Shown one piece after another: positions 17,220-26,522 of a stretch of DNA of 64,000 nucleotides. Location of the stretch: positions 1-64,000 of the IMG/VR virus record IMGVR_UViG_3300025099_000014; one strand, given 5' to 3'. Within the stretch, counting starts at the first letter, position 1; the number at the start of each line of letters is the position of its first letter. The stretch is from a virus. A program made the position numbers and the translations under genes. The notes under the pieces were generated by a model. It saw only the letters and a list, made by a program, of their open reading frames with translations, made no database searches and had not been told where the DNA came from.

Positions 17220-19741
17220 TGGACAAAGAATTAATGGAAGTTTTAAATGCAATATTTTCTGATATTAATAGCAATAAAGATATTGATATTGTTGATTTAG
17301 AAGAGTTAGAACAACTACTTAATATGGAACCTAATCCAGATAACTATCCTAAATACAAAGAAGACCTCGTAAAAATTCGTATTAGTAGGGAAAATTTTTT
17401 CAAGGATTTTAATACCAAAATTTCTTATTCTGATAGCACGTTAGATACGGACACACCGACCATTCCAACCTATCCCGAAAATAATACAAAAGGTGTACTA
17501 AATAGATTACAAAGTAAACTAACAGATATGCCTGATTTCACACTCACCAATGCAAATGAGGGAGGGGCGGTTAGAAACCTTATTACTATACTTAACTCTG
17601 GAACTTATTCCCCAGAATTACCTATTCCACTATTTACTGAGGATGAAATTAAGGCTTTCACAAATGTTATTATGCAAGTCACTAGAAAGCGTTCTTCTTT
17701 AAGACCAAAAGTGGGGGAATTGCTTTCTGAGGTAGCGACAACCTCTGCTACATCAATTACAAATCGAAGAAGAACATACGACCACTGGAGAGACATGAAT
17801 ACTCAATTTAAATTATTTATTGATGCACTAAACAGTGTTGAGTTTAAACCCACTGATGATGAAGGGAAGCAACAAGTCAAAGAGATTCCCAGTTACATCG
17901 TAAGAATGGGGCAAGTCACACTTAAAAAAACCATTCACCCGCACTCACCTATAGTAGCAAACGTTCTTCGTGCTAAATATATTAAAAGAGAACTAGAAGA
18001 TATAGTCGAGTCGGGGTCGTTCAAAGAATACTCTAAAGAAGGTAAGCCAACAGGAGACAGCGGCTACATAGATGAAGCAAACACAGAATATATTTCTGTT
18101 CTCGAACAATTAAAAAGGGATATTGCTGATTTATCCGATTCTGGAGAAAACCCATTTGTTAGGGGTAGTAATATAGGTATTGACCCAATACTTTCTATCG
18201 TTTTACAAAACGAAGAATTCCCCTTATTACTTTCTGAAGAACAGATACAAATTAATGTAAATAATTTAGTTAAAATCTTAACTGGGGAAATACCAGAAGA
18301 AAACTTAGAATTTACAATAGATACTATAGAAGATTACGCTAAAACTATACGAGACGATTTAAAAAATTATCAAGTAATTCAACGGGACGTATATCACTTT
18401 GCTATCATGGATGGTCCAGAGGTTTCTCTAAAGCAGGTAAATTTTAAAGATATGGAAAATGCAGCATTTAAAATAGATATTGCTAAGTGGAGCGGTGATA
18501 AATACGAAATAGAAGAGGAGGAATTTTCATCTTATACTGAATTAATAGAATATATTAATGATAAAACAAATATTTTAATTAAAAGTTTGGTGAAGTTATT
18601 TGATGTTGACGCTTGGGCTAAAACACTTGCTGATGAAAAAGAGGACCCTACATATTCTATAACTTTTCCCGAACGTAGATTAAAAGACCCACGGGCAATC
18701 GGTGGTGGGGTCGTGATTCCTGCTTATAGAAGGGCTGAAGTAAAAGAAGTAAAAGAAAACCTACAAGACCTATCTGAATCAATTAAAACGTACTACTATG
18801 AAGGTCTAACTAAACAAAATGTCATGTTTAAGGATTTACCTGAATTTGTTAAAACGCCCCAGTATCAGGCTTTAGAAAGAGAATTATCTGGAGACATTAC
18901 TGCTAAAATGTCGGCGGTTTTATCAACAGGTAAGGCTACCCCACGATATGATGTAGAGTTATTTTCTAGCCTTAACGGGTTTATTTTAAAGTTAAACAGA
19001 GGGGACTTGGGAAGTTACACTAAAATCATACATGGCGAATGCGAGAATTTTATTAACTCTATCCTTAATTTATACAGACCTCTTGAGAGAGACGAGATAA
19101 AGAGTATTAAAAATAATTTAAGTGTTGTGTTTGGGAGGCTTCTACATGGATTGTTCGAAGATTCTAATGAGGATTACGAACCTGATAAATTTATGGGTAG
19201 AACTCTACAGTATTGGGATAATAAGTTTGAAGACATACTGGAACGTACTGGTAAGTCACCAACCCTTTCGTTTGTTAAATTAGGAAGAACACTAGAGAAT
19301 CCTAAGATTAAAGAATACATTTTAACCGGCACTACTATGAGCAAAACAAATAAAGAAGGTGCTGCAACAGATAATACTTCTACGAAGGCTATAAGGAATG
19401 TAGTATATGAAGGCCCTAATAGTTTAATGAATAATTTAGTTAGAGCCAGAGAAAATTTAGGGGCTTTAGATGACCAATTTAAGAAAGCACTTATGACCTC
19501 ATATGACCTAATCCGTAAAGGTAAAAAATTACCTATCCATGTAGGATTCTTAGATTCTAATTCGTATTCTGATAACGCCTATACTATTGCTACTATGGAA
19601 CGCATTTATGGCATAGATATATATGCAACAGACATTGATGTTATTATTAAATCTCAGAACACTACTAAAGAATTAGTAAGTTATTTGGGCCTACCCGAAG
19701 AAATGGTGTATCACATAAGGGGGTTGTATAGATGGCTATAA
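17219..19741 (+). CDS. Large hypothetical protein
   Basis: 840-aa ORF, translationally coupled; ends in an HTH-like segment (TKELVSYLGLPEEMVYHIRGLYR). Confidence 0.85.
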   Translation: MDKELMEVLNAIFSDINSNKDIDIVDLEELEQLLNMEPNPDNYPKYKEDLVKIRISRENFFKDFNTKISYSDSTLDTDTPTIPTYPENNTKGVLNRLQSKLTDMPDFTLTNANEGGAVRNLITILNSGTYSPELPIPLFTEDEIKAFTNVIMQVTRKRSSLRPKVGELLSEVATTSATSITNRRRTYDHWRDMNTQFKLFIDALNSVEFKPTDDEGKQQVKEIPSYIVRMGQVTLKKTIHPHSPIVANVLRAKYIKRELEDIVESGSFKEYSKEGKPTGDSGYIDEANTEYISVLEQLKRDIADLSDSGENPFVRGSNIGIDPILSIVLQNEEFPLLLSEEQIQINVNNLVKILTGEIPEENLEFTIDTIEDYAKTIRDDLKNYQVIQRDVYHFAIMDGPEVSLKQVNFKDMENAAFKIDIAKWSGDKYEIEEEEFSSYTELIEYINDKTNILIKSLVKLFDVDAWAKTLADEKEDPTYSITFPERRLKDPRAIGGGVVIPAYRRAEVKEVKENLQDLSESIKTYYYEGLTKQNVMFKDLPEFVKTPQYQALERELSGDITAKMSAVLSTGKATPRYDVELFSSLNGFILKLNRGDLGSYTKIIHGECENFINSILNLYRPLERDEIKSIKNNLSVVFGRLLHGLFEDSNEDYEPDKFMGRTLQYWDNKFEDILERTGKSPTLSFVKLGRTLENPKIKEYILTGTTMSKTNKEGAATDNTSTKAIRNVVYEGPNSLMNNLVRARENLGALDDQFKKALMTSYDLIRKGKKLPIHVGFLDSNSYSDNAYTIATMERIYGIDIYATDIDVIIKSQNTTKELVSYLGLPEEMVYHIRGLYRWL

Positions 19742-20301
19742 CTGTCTCAAATAAAGTTATTTCCGAGGCAGAGTTGCTGCAATTATACGCTGAATCTTAC
19801 CCTAAATATAAAAACAAAAAGAAGGCTAATGGTCAAGACATGCCAAGCACTAGAACTCCTAGAGCGGCACAAAGCGTATTTCCTCCATTAAGTAGACAAA
19901 CCCCGGATGGTTATTACGTTGCTATGGATGGAGATATTTTAGCAGGTTGGGCTGGGTGGAAAAAATTAGATGGCAATACATATCTTACTGCTGGTTCGGC
20001 AACAATGCCTGATTATAGAAAACAGGGAATACAAGAAATATTGTGGTCTAAAAGAGATATAGTTTTTGGAGGTGCTGCGGTTATTGCTATGGCAAATAAT
20101 AGCCAACGCAAGTGGGTTAATTTTGTAGGTAAGTTTTATCCGAAAGCAACAGTAGATTTACTTCCCGATGATATACAAACGCAAGTGCAGGAAGCATTAG
20201 ATTTTTATGAGGAACAAGGTAAAAATCCTAACATATTTTACAGAGGCCCCACTGAGGATAGTGCCATGCAAAAAGCATGGGTTGTCATTAAGGGGGAGTG
20301 A
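19732..20301 (+). CDS. GNAT-family acetyltransferase with C-terminal tag-like motif
   Basis: AGSATMPDYRKQGIQEILW motif A; ends MQKAWVVIKGE. Confidence 0.75.
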   Translation: MAITVSNKVISEAELLQLYAESYPKYKNKKKANGQDMPSTRTPRAAQSVFPPLSRQTPDGYYVAMDGDILAGWAGWKKLDGNTYLTAGSATMPDYRKQGIQEILWSKRDIVFGGAAVIAMANNSQRKWVNFVGKFYPKATVDLLPDDIQTQVQEALDFYEEQGKNPNIFYRGPTEDSAMQKAWVVIKGE

Positions 20302-20303
20302 TT

Positions 20304-21644
20304 ATGTTTTTTGATATTATTAAAAAGGCTTCGGATAATTCAACGATGGATGCTGAATATTCTAAATTTAAGCAACTTGTTAATAAAGTAAAAGGGGTCA
20401 GAGATTCTATACAAAAAGAGACAAATGAAATATTTGAGGGGTTAAAAGATGTTGTGGCCGGCGACCCTATAGCGTTTGATGAAGCAATGGACACTCTAAT
20501 ATTATGGCTACACAACTATAGCGATAGGCCGATAACTGAGGCTCAGAGAAACATAATGTCAATATTTTACGGTGACGAATATAGGCCAAGTTCACACGAC
20601 AAAACTCTTTCTGCGATATCTGCCCTACTTTTGCAAAAAGAATATTTACATAAACCTTACCGCATATTCAAAATATTTACTCTTGAAGCGGTTAGGGGCA
20701 CTTGGACTGAAGATATTGTAAATCGCAATTTACTTCATATTCTTGAAAATACAGAAACGTCAGTCAGTGAAAGGGGTATACTACATTTTCTAGGCGCCCA
20801 ACTACCTGATGGCGACGGAGAATTTAAAGATTTAATAGGGCAGATTGATGATTGGTATTCTGCTCTATATAATAAAGTTAAAACTACGTCCGATGTAGAT
20901 TTACTGGGTTCTTTTTTTGTGACGTGGAAGGATGACCCCACACGAGCAGCAAAAGCGTTAACACCATATATTACTAAATTCAGGGACCTTTTATTTCAAG
21001 AAATAAATCAATATCTTAATAAGTTGATTTCTGCTGAAAAAAAGTTAATGGACGTATTTGAAATTATAACACAACAAGTAAAAAAGATGGATGACTTATT
21101 TGGTAATCTAAGAGACATAGGTGCTGAAGTTAAAGTAGGTCGGCGGACGACCTCCGAAGATGATTACGATGGAATAACAATTACAATGGGAGAATATTTT
21201 TTTAATACATCATTGCCGAGATTACTCAGTCCAGAAGATTGCCCTACGCTGCAACACAAACCAACTAAAAGTCAGATTTGCATACAACAAGACCGTGGAC
21301 ACTATCGTAATATCCCTCAAGGGCCCATGTTTGATACTATATTTACTATATTCGCCCTCCTTGCGTCTCGACAAAAAGGTGTTGTGCCCCTTCTAGATTA
21401 TTTTATATATCTTACAGATTTAGGCATAAATACTGAGGCACACTATTCAGAACATTTAAACATAGAGATAACTGGAGCAACTAAATCTCAGATTACCGCT
21501 TTTAGGCGAACTGTTGAGCACTTCAAAGGATTGCGGCTATTTAACTTTAGCGAATCTTCCTCACGAATTAGGACTAAAACATTACCTCCTATTAATACAT
21601 TTATAAATAGATTTCGTAGAGAAAGAAAAAGGATACAAAGATAG
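20304..21644 (+). CDS. Hypothetical protein, F-variant of W-tag
   Basis: GGAGTGA RBS supports ATG 20304 (MFFDIIKKA). Confidence 0.8.
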   Translation: MFFDIIKKASDNSTMDAEYSKFKQLVNKVKGVRDSIQKETNEIFEGLKDVVAGDPIAFDEAMDTLILWLHNYSDRPITEAQRNIMSIFYGDEYRPSSHDKTLSAISALLLQKEYLHKPYRIFKIFTLEAVRGTWTEDIVNRNLLHILENTETSVSERGILHFLGAQLPDGDGEFKDLIGQIDDWYSALYNKVKTTSDVDLLGSFFVTWKDDPTRAAKALTPYITKFRDLLFQEINQYLNKLISAEKKLMDVFEIITQQVKKMDDLFGNLRDIGAEVKVGRRTTSEDDYDGITITMGEYFFNTSLPRLLSPEDCPTLQHKPTKSQICIQQDRGHYRNIPQGPMFDTIFTIFALLASRQKGVVPLLDYFIYLTDLGINTEAHYSEHLNIEITGATKSQITAFRRTVEHFKGLRLFNFSESSSRIRTKTLPPINTFINRFRRERKRIQR

Positions 21645-21662
21645 ATTTTAAAGGGTGATTAA

Positions 21663-23087
21663 TTGGATAATAACTTATTATACGAAATGGATTTAAAAAT
21701 GTCTAAAGGTAATTTTGATTATTTTTTTACTAAGGTATTAGGTTATGAAATGGCACCCTTTCATAAACAGTGGTTAGAAGAAGTACAGAGTAGTAATAGA
21801 ACTGTTATTATTTGTTCTCGTGACCACGGCAAGTCGGTTTTTTTCCACTCTTGGTGTGTATTTCAATTATGTTTTCAGGAGCCTCCATATCAAATGCTGT
21901 ATATTTCATCTAATCATAAACAAACAATGGTGCATATGAAAGATATTGACCGCATGTTTACTAACATACCACAGTTAAAGCGATTTAAGCCGAGGGCTGG
22001 TTGGGCTGTAGGTGCTATGCGCTTAACAAACGGAAATGAAATACTTGAGCGTTCCGTTGGTTCACAGATTCGTGGGCTTCACCCTCAAGAAATTATTATT
22101 GACGACCCACTAAAAGAGTTCTCAATGAATGCTATTCAACGTGTAACAGATTGGTTTTGGGGTGATATGATTCCCACATTACATCATACTGCTGCTTTAC
22201 GAATGGTGGGGACTCCTTTTACTTACACGGATATTTTTTCACAACTATCTGAAAACCCAGCATATGAAGTTAAAAGATACCCTGCTATAAACCAAGCAGG
22301 TGAGGCTTTATGGCCTTCCAGATGGGACAAAGATAAATTAGAACAACGTAAAATAGAAATTGGTTCCAGTAAGTTTACTAGAGAATATCTATGTATTCCT
22401 ATAAGCACAAACACCATGCTCTTTGCACCCGACCATATAGAAAAATGTAAGGACCGAGATGCAGTTCTTACATCATCTAGAATAGCCGAAGATAGAAGAT
22501 ACTATATTGGTTACGACCCAGCGATTTCAGCGAATGGCGATTGGACAGTAATGACTGTATTAGAGGTAGATGATGAAATGAATAAAAAAATAGTCCATAT
22601 ATTTAGAGCACAAGGTTTAGATTTTAGAGAACATATAATGCATGTTATGGACCTCTGTAGAAGATACCAACCGGAAATTGTTATGATTGAAACAAACACA
22701 TTCGCTAAAGCGTTTTCTATGGAGTTAAAAAATATTAGTGACTTCCCAATAAAAGAATTTACCATGAGTAGAAAACGTAAAGAAGAAATTATTTTAAACT
22801 TACAAATGAATATTGATAATCATAAAATTATTTTTCCCTACGGTAATGAAGAATCAAGAAAGGTTAGTAGACAATTGATTCAGGAGTTAGAAGCCTTCGG
22901 TATTAATCACAATGGTAAGATAGAAGGCGTGGGCGCACATGACGATATGGTTATATCTTTAGCGTTGGCTAATTATGCTACAAAGAAGTTCTCGGATGTA
23001 TTTACGCTACTCGATGATGAGGGAATCTTTAATAATGGCTCCCCGTCTATCCCCTTTATAGGTGGTGGTATCTATGGTATTAATTAA
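21663..23087 (+). CDS. terL: Terminase large subunit
   Basis: Walker A SRDHGKS, Walker B IIIDDP, VGTP coupling motif, RNase H-like nuclease IGYDPA...IETN...HDDMVISLALA. Confidence 0.95.
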   Translation: MDNNLLYEMDLKMSKGNFDYFFTKVLGYEMAPFHKQWLEEVQSSNRTVIICSRDHGKSVFFHSWCVFQLCFQEPPYQMLYISSNHKQTMVHMKDIDRMFTNIPQLKRFKPRAGWAVGAMRLTNGNEILERSVGSQIRGLHPQEIIIDDPLKEFSMNAIQRVTDWFWGDMIPTLHHTAALRMVGTPFTYTDIFSQLSENPAYEVKRYPAINQAGEALWPSRWDKDKLEQRKIEIGSSKFTREYLCIPISTNTMLFAPDHIEKCKDRDAVLTSSRIAEDRRYYIGYDPAISANGDWTVMTVLEVDDEMNKKIVHIFRAQGLDFREHIMHVMDLCRRYQPEIVMIETNTFAKAFSMELKNISDFPIKEFTMSRKRKEEIILNLQMNIDNHKIIFPYGNEESRKVSRQLIQELEAFGINHNGKIEGVGAHDDMVISLALANYATKKFSDVFTLLDDEGIFNNGSPSIPFIGGGIYGIN

Positions 23088-24465
23088 GTTCGATACAGAC
23101 CAAATGCGGCAAGAATTGGACGAGTTAGACAGGGCAAAACAAGACGTTAAACAACAAGAAGAAGCAAGAGTTAAACCTATTGAGGAACGAATTAAACAGA
23201 ACCTTAAAACTAAGTCAGAAATTAACTCTTGGTTAGACATGCAATCAGATTCAGAAATTGATGTAGTTAAGTCCATTTCTGCTATGTGTGGGGTGAATCT
23301 AACAAGTGCTATGTCTTTTATTCCTGCCTACCCTACCCCTCCTGTTGTTGGCGATAAAAATCTTCCTGATTTAGTAAAGGAGATGAGAAAAATCCGCAGA
23401 GGTCTAAAGGGTGGACAGCGTGATAGTATCGCTAAAGGTATTGACCACCTAATTACCGCATATCAAGAATACATCGGTAAATGTGTAGATTCTATTTATT
23501 GGCTCCGCCCATATCACTCCCCACTCTATGATTCAGGTCTATCCGAATCAAAAATCAAAAAACTATACAGTGTTAAGGATTCAGACCGTAGACAAACAAT
23601 TATTGATAATCTTTGTAAAATGTGGGACGCTAAGTTAGAGCGTAGGGAATTAGATTACGGTCCAGAATACTCTACTTTAACAAAAGAAATCAATAAGGGT
23701 AAAAAAGAAATTTCATCCATACTTCGTTCTATTAAACATCAAGATATTAGAAAGTCCCGAAGAGAAAATATCGAAATAGAAATTAGAGATATTATTAATG
23801 AAAATCCGGGAATTACTTCTAATACTATTTTTGAGAAAATGAGTGAGAAACATGCAAAGTATTCCACACCATCTACGATTGCTAAGATGGCTATGACAAT
23901 AGGCGCTACTAATGTAAATAGTGAATATTACCTTATTAGAGATGCTATTCGTAAAGATTTATATTCCTATGTTGCCGGCTTTATTGATTCGGATGGATAT
24001 ATTACTATGGATAGTAAGTACTCTCCGAGAGTAGGCATGGTCGCCACCGGTAATAGAGGTAGAGCCTTTTTTACTGAATTGGAGTCAGAACTAAAATGTG
24101 GTAGATTACATTTAGACCAAAAAGTAGGAGAAAATAATAGAAGTCAGCACCGACTAAATTTTTACAGTGCTAATGATATTGGGACTGTTTTAGATAAGTG
24201 TATTCCCCATCTTCGTATGAAAAAGAGTCAGGGGAGATTAGTCAAGGAAGCATTAAGAATTAAAAAGAATCATAAGAACCAACCGTGGGCAAAAGAACGC
24301 CTTAAGGAAATTTTCCAACTAATTAAATATGAAAACTGGAAGGATGCTAGGAACACTTATGAATTAGACAAGTATGGAGTTAATCCAGAAGTAGTAGTTA
24401 AGTATTTTGATAATGATAAAAATTCAATAATGGATGATTTAGAATCCATCGTAAAGGAGGAATAA
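23074..24465 (+). CDS. Coiled-coil/wHTH protein with a C-terminal single LAGLIDADG endonuclease domain
   Basis: YSYVAGFIDSDGYI...PHLRMKKSQ; preceding wHTH-like IRDIINENPGITSNTIFEKM; GGTGGT RBS favours ATG 23074. Confidence 0.8.
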   Translation: MVLIKFDTDQMRQELDELDRAKQDVKQQEEARVKPIEERIKQNLKTKSEINSWLDMQSDSEIDVVKSISAMCGVNLTSAMSFIPAYPTPPVVGDKNLPDLVKEMRKIRRGLKGGQRDSIAKGIDHLITAYQEYIGKCVDSIYWLRPYHSPLYDSGLSESKIKKLYSVKDSDRRQTIIDNLCKMWDAKLERRELDYGPEYSTLTKEINKGKKEISSILRSIKHQDIRKSRRENIEIEIRDIINENPGITSNTIFEKMSEKHAKYSTPSTIAKMAMTIGATNVNSEYYLIRDAIRKDLYSYVAGFIDSDGYITMDSKYSPRVGMVATGNRGRAFFTELESELKCGRLHLDQKVGENNRSQHRLNFYSANDIGTVLDKCIPHLRMKKSQGRLVKEALRIKKNHKNQPWAKERLKEIFQLIKYENWKDARNTYELDKYGVNPEVVVKYFDNDKNSIMDDLESIVKEE

Positions 24466-24466
24466 T

Positions 24467-26092
24467 ATGGGAGTAAGAGATAGGCTAAGTAATTTAATCA
24501 GGAGAAGGACACCTACTCCTGTAGAAAAGGAAGTATATAATTTAGGTATACAAGAAAAGAAACACCCTCAACATATTTTGGGTCCTGCCCTATACAACGT
24601 AGCAGACCAATCTGTTGTTGTTAGGACGTGTATTACACAATTAAAAACGGAAATTTTCCGTCGAGGATATCAGTGGGAAAAGGCATTTTATAAAAAATGT
24701 ACTAGTTGTGGTGAAGAATATCAATCAGAAATAGACGAGTGTTCTGTTTGTGGCTGTGTTGAATTTAGAGGCCCCGACCCCATGCAAAAGAAATATGCTG
24801 AAAAAATGGTAAACGGGTATGTAAACAAATCAGACCAGTTATTCGTTGATGTTTTAAAAGAAATAGAAAGAGATTTAAATGTTGCTGATGATGCATATCT
24901 TATATTTGTTAAGGAATATTATGTAGATGAGTTAGGTAATATTAAACTACATAAAGTAAAAGAACTATACCGTGGTGACCCACTAACTATGTATATTGAT
25001 GTAGACAACGACGGTGATAGAGGAACTTCACATTATACTTGTGTTACCCATAGAGAACTATATACAGATGACCCACATGAAAATTGTCCTGAATGTAATG
25101 CTTCTTTACACCCTGTTGTATATGTTAATCGCGTTCATGGACATGAACAATATTATATCGAAGGAGAGGTTGTTCACGTTAGTAAATTTAGCCCTAGTAG
25201 GCTATACGGAACATCACCAATTATTACTCTATGGAGTCATATTACTACCCTTCTTGCTATGGAGAATTATATTAATACATCGTATAGTAAGGCCCGCACA
25301 CCGAAGGGTATCTTAGCGGTTCAGACAAACAATATGGATTCACTAATTAGATACTGGAGAGGTGTTAAAGAGAAGTTAGAAAAAGACCCACACTATATTC
25401 CTATTATGGGTATTGAGACAGAAGCCGGAGGACGTGGAGAAGTTAAATGGGTTCCGTTTATGCAGAGCCTAAAAGAAATGGATTATTCCGCAGTTAAGGA
25501 TGATTTAAGAATGCGTATTGGTGCTTTCTATGGTATATCACCGATTTTTCAGGCTGATAACACAACCGGTGGCGGTCTAAATAATGAAGGTTTACAAATT
25601 ACAGTAACTAACAGAACCATAGAATTAGCACAAAGCGTATATAATAAATATATATTTCCTTATATGGAAAGACAGTTTGGTGTTACTGATTGGAATATTA
25701 GGCTGCTACGCTCTGAGGAAGAGGACGATGTTCATGCTATGCGACGACGTGAAACAGAAGTCAATATTGCTGGTCAAATGAAGAACTTAGGGTTTGATGT
25801 AGATATGGACGAAGACGGAAACTTTATCTTTAAGAAGATGGTTAAGCCGGATGAAGTAATACAACAAGCACAGGCTAAAGGTGCAGAATTTCAGGCAGAC
25901 CCATATGCAGGAACAGATATAGATGCTAGATACTTAGGGCAAATGCAAGCAGATATGATGCAGCAAGGCAACCAACCAATACAAACAGAGGGCCGTGGAA
26001 ATAAGAGTAGTACTGCTTTACAATTAGCAAATAGAAATACAGGTGCTCCCGCAGGAACAGCGAATGAAAATGTGGATAGGAGGACAGAATAA
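24467..26092 (+). CDS. Portal protein with Zn-ribbon insertions
   Basis: Follows terL; portal motifs EVVHVSKFSPSRLYGTSPI, TPKGILAV, EMDY...IGAFYGISPIF; CTSC..CSVC and CVTH..CPEC insertions. Confidence 0.9.
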   Translation: MGVRDRLSNLIRRRTPTPVEKEVYNLGIQEKKHPQHILGPALYNVADQSVVVRTCITQLKTEIFRRGYQWEKAFYKKCTSCGEEYQSEIDECSVCGCVEFRGPDPMQKKYAEKMVNGYVNKSDQLFVDVLKEIERDLNVADDAYLIFVKEYYVDELGNIKLHKVKELYRGDPLTMYIDVDNDGDRGTSHYTCVTHRELYTDDPHENCPECNASLHPVVYVNRVHGHEQYYIEGEVVHVSKFSPSRLYGTSPIITLWSHITTLLAMENYINTSYSKARTPKGILAVQTNNMDSLIRYWRGVKEKLEKDPHYIPIMGIETEAGGRGEVKWVPFMQSLKEMDYSAVKDDLRMRIGAFYGISPIFQADNTTGGGLNNEGLQITVTNRTIELAQSVYNKYIFPYMERQFGVTDWNIRLLRSEEEDDVHAMRRRETEVNIAGQMKNLGFDVDMDEDGNFIFKKMVKPDEVIQQAQAKGAEFQADPYAGTDIDARYLGQMQADMMQQGNQPIQTEGRGNKSSTALQLANRNTGAPAGTANENVDRRTE

Positions 26093-26280
26093 TGAACTGG
26101 CAAGATATTCTTAAAACAGATTTTAAGAAATTAGATAATATAGCATTAAGAAATTTATATTATAGTTTAAAAGATACTGCTAGAACTGAAGAGGATAGAA
26201 AATTTCTTTTTCAAATAATTGAAGAAATGATACAAAGAGGTATGTGGAGAACTTCCAATTACAGAACAGGCAGAAAATAA
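26092..26280 (+). CDS. Small W-tag protein
   Basis: MNWQDILK; TAATG coupling to the portal gene. Confidence 0.75.
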   Translation: MNWQDILKTDFKKLDNIALRNLYYSLKDTARTEEDRKFLFQIIEEMIQRGMWRTSNYRTGRK

Positions 26281-26294
26281 AGAGAGATGATAAA

Positions 26295-26513
26295 ATGACT
26301 GACATGATTAAAAGAAAGTTAAATGATATGAAACAACAATTAAGTAAAATCGAGAGCAAAGTAAATGCTCCCGAACCCGTTCAGAAAACAACAACTAACA
26401 TGGTTCCCGCAGGTGTTGGTGAAGCAACAGAACCTACGCGAGAAGCAGAACCCGGCGCACCCGGTTTTATTACTGGTGGGCCTAGAATGAGTAAGAAGAT
26501 GAAAGAAGTTTAA
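26295..26513 (+). CDS. Small hypothetical head-module protein
   Basis: Likely start ATG 26295 after AGAGATGATAAA (MTDMIKRKL). Confidence 0.7.
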   Translation: MTDMIKRKLNDMKQQLSKIESKVNAPEPVQKTTTNMVPAGVGEATEPTREAEPGAPGFITGGPRMSKKMKEV

Positions 26514-26522
26514 GGTGATTAA

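Noticed and set aside
1479-21644. Integron-like cassette array or diversity-generating retroelement as the cause of the shared gene starts
   Set aside because: No attC-like repeats, integrase, reverse transcriptase or template/variable repeat pair seen; the shared starts vary at synonymous positions.
23074-24465. Intein or intron interrupting terL or portal
   Set aside because: TerL and portal each appear complete, and no intein terminal residues flank the LAGLIDADG domain.
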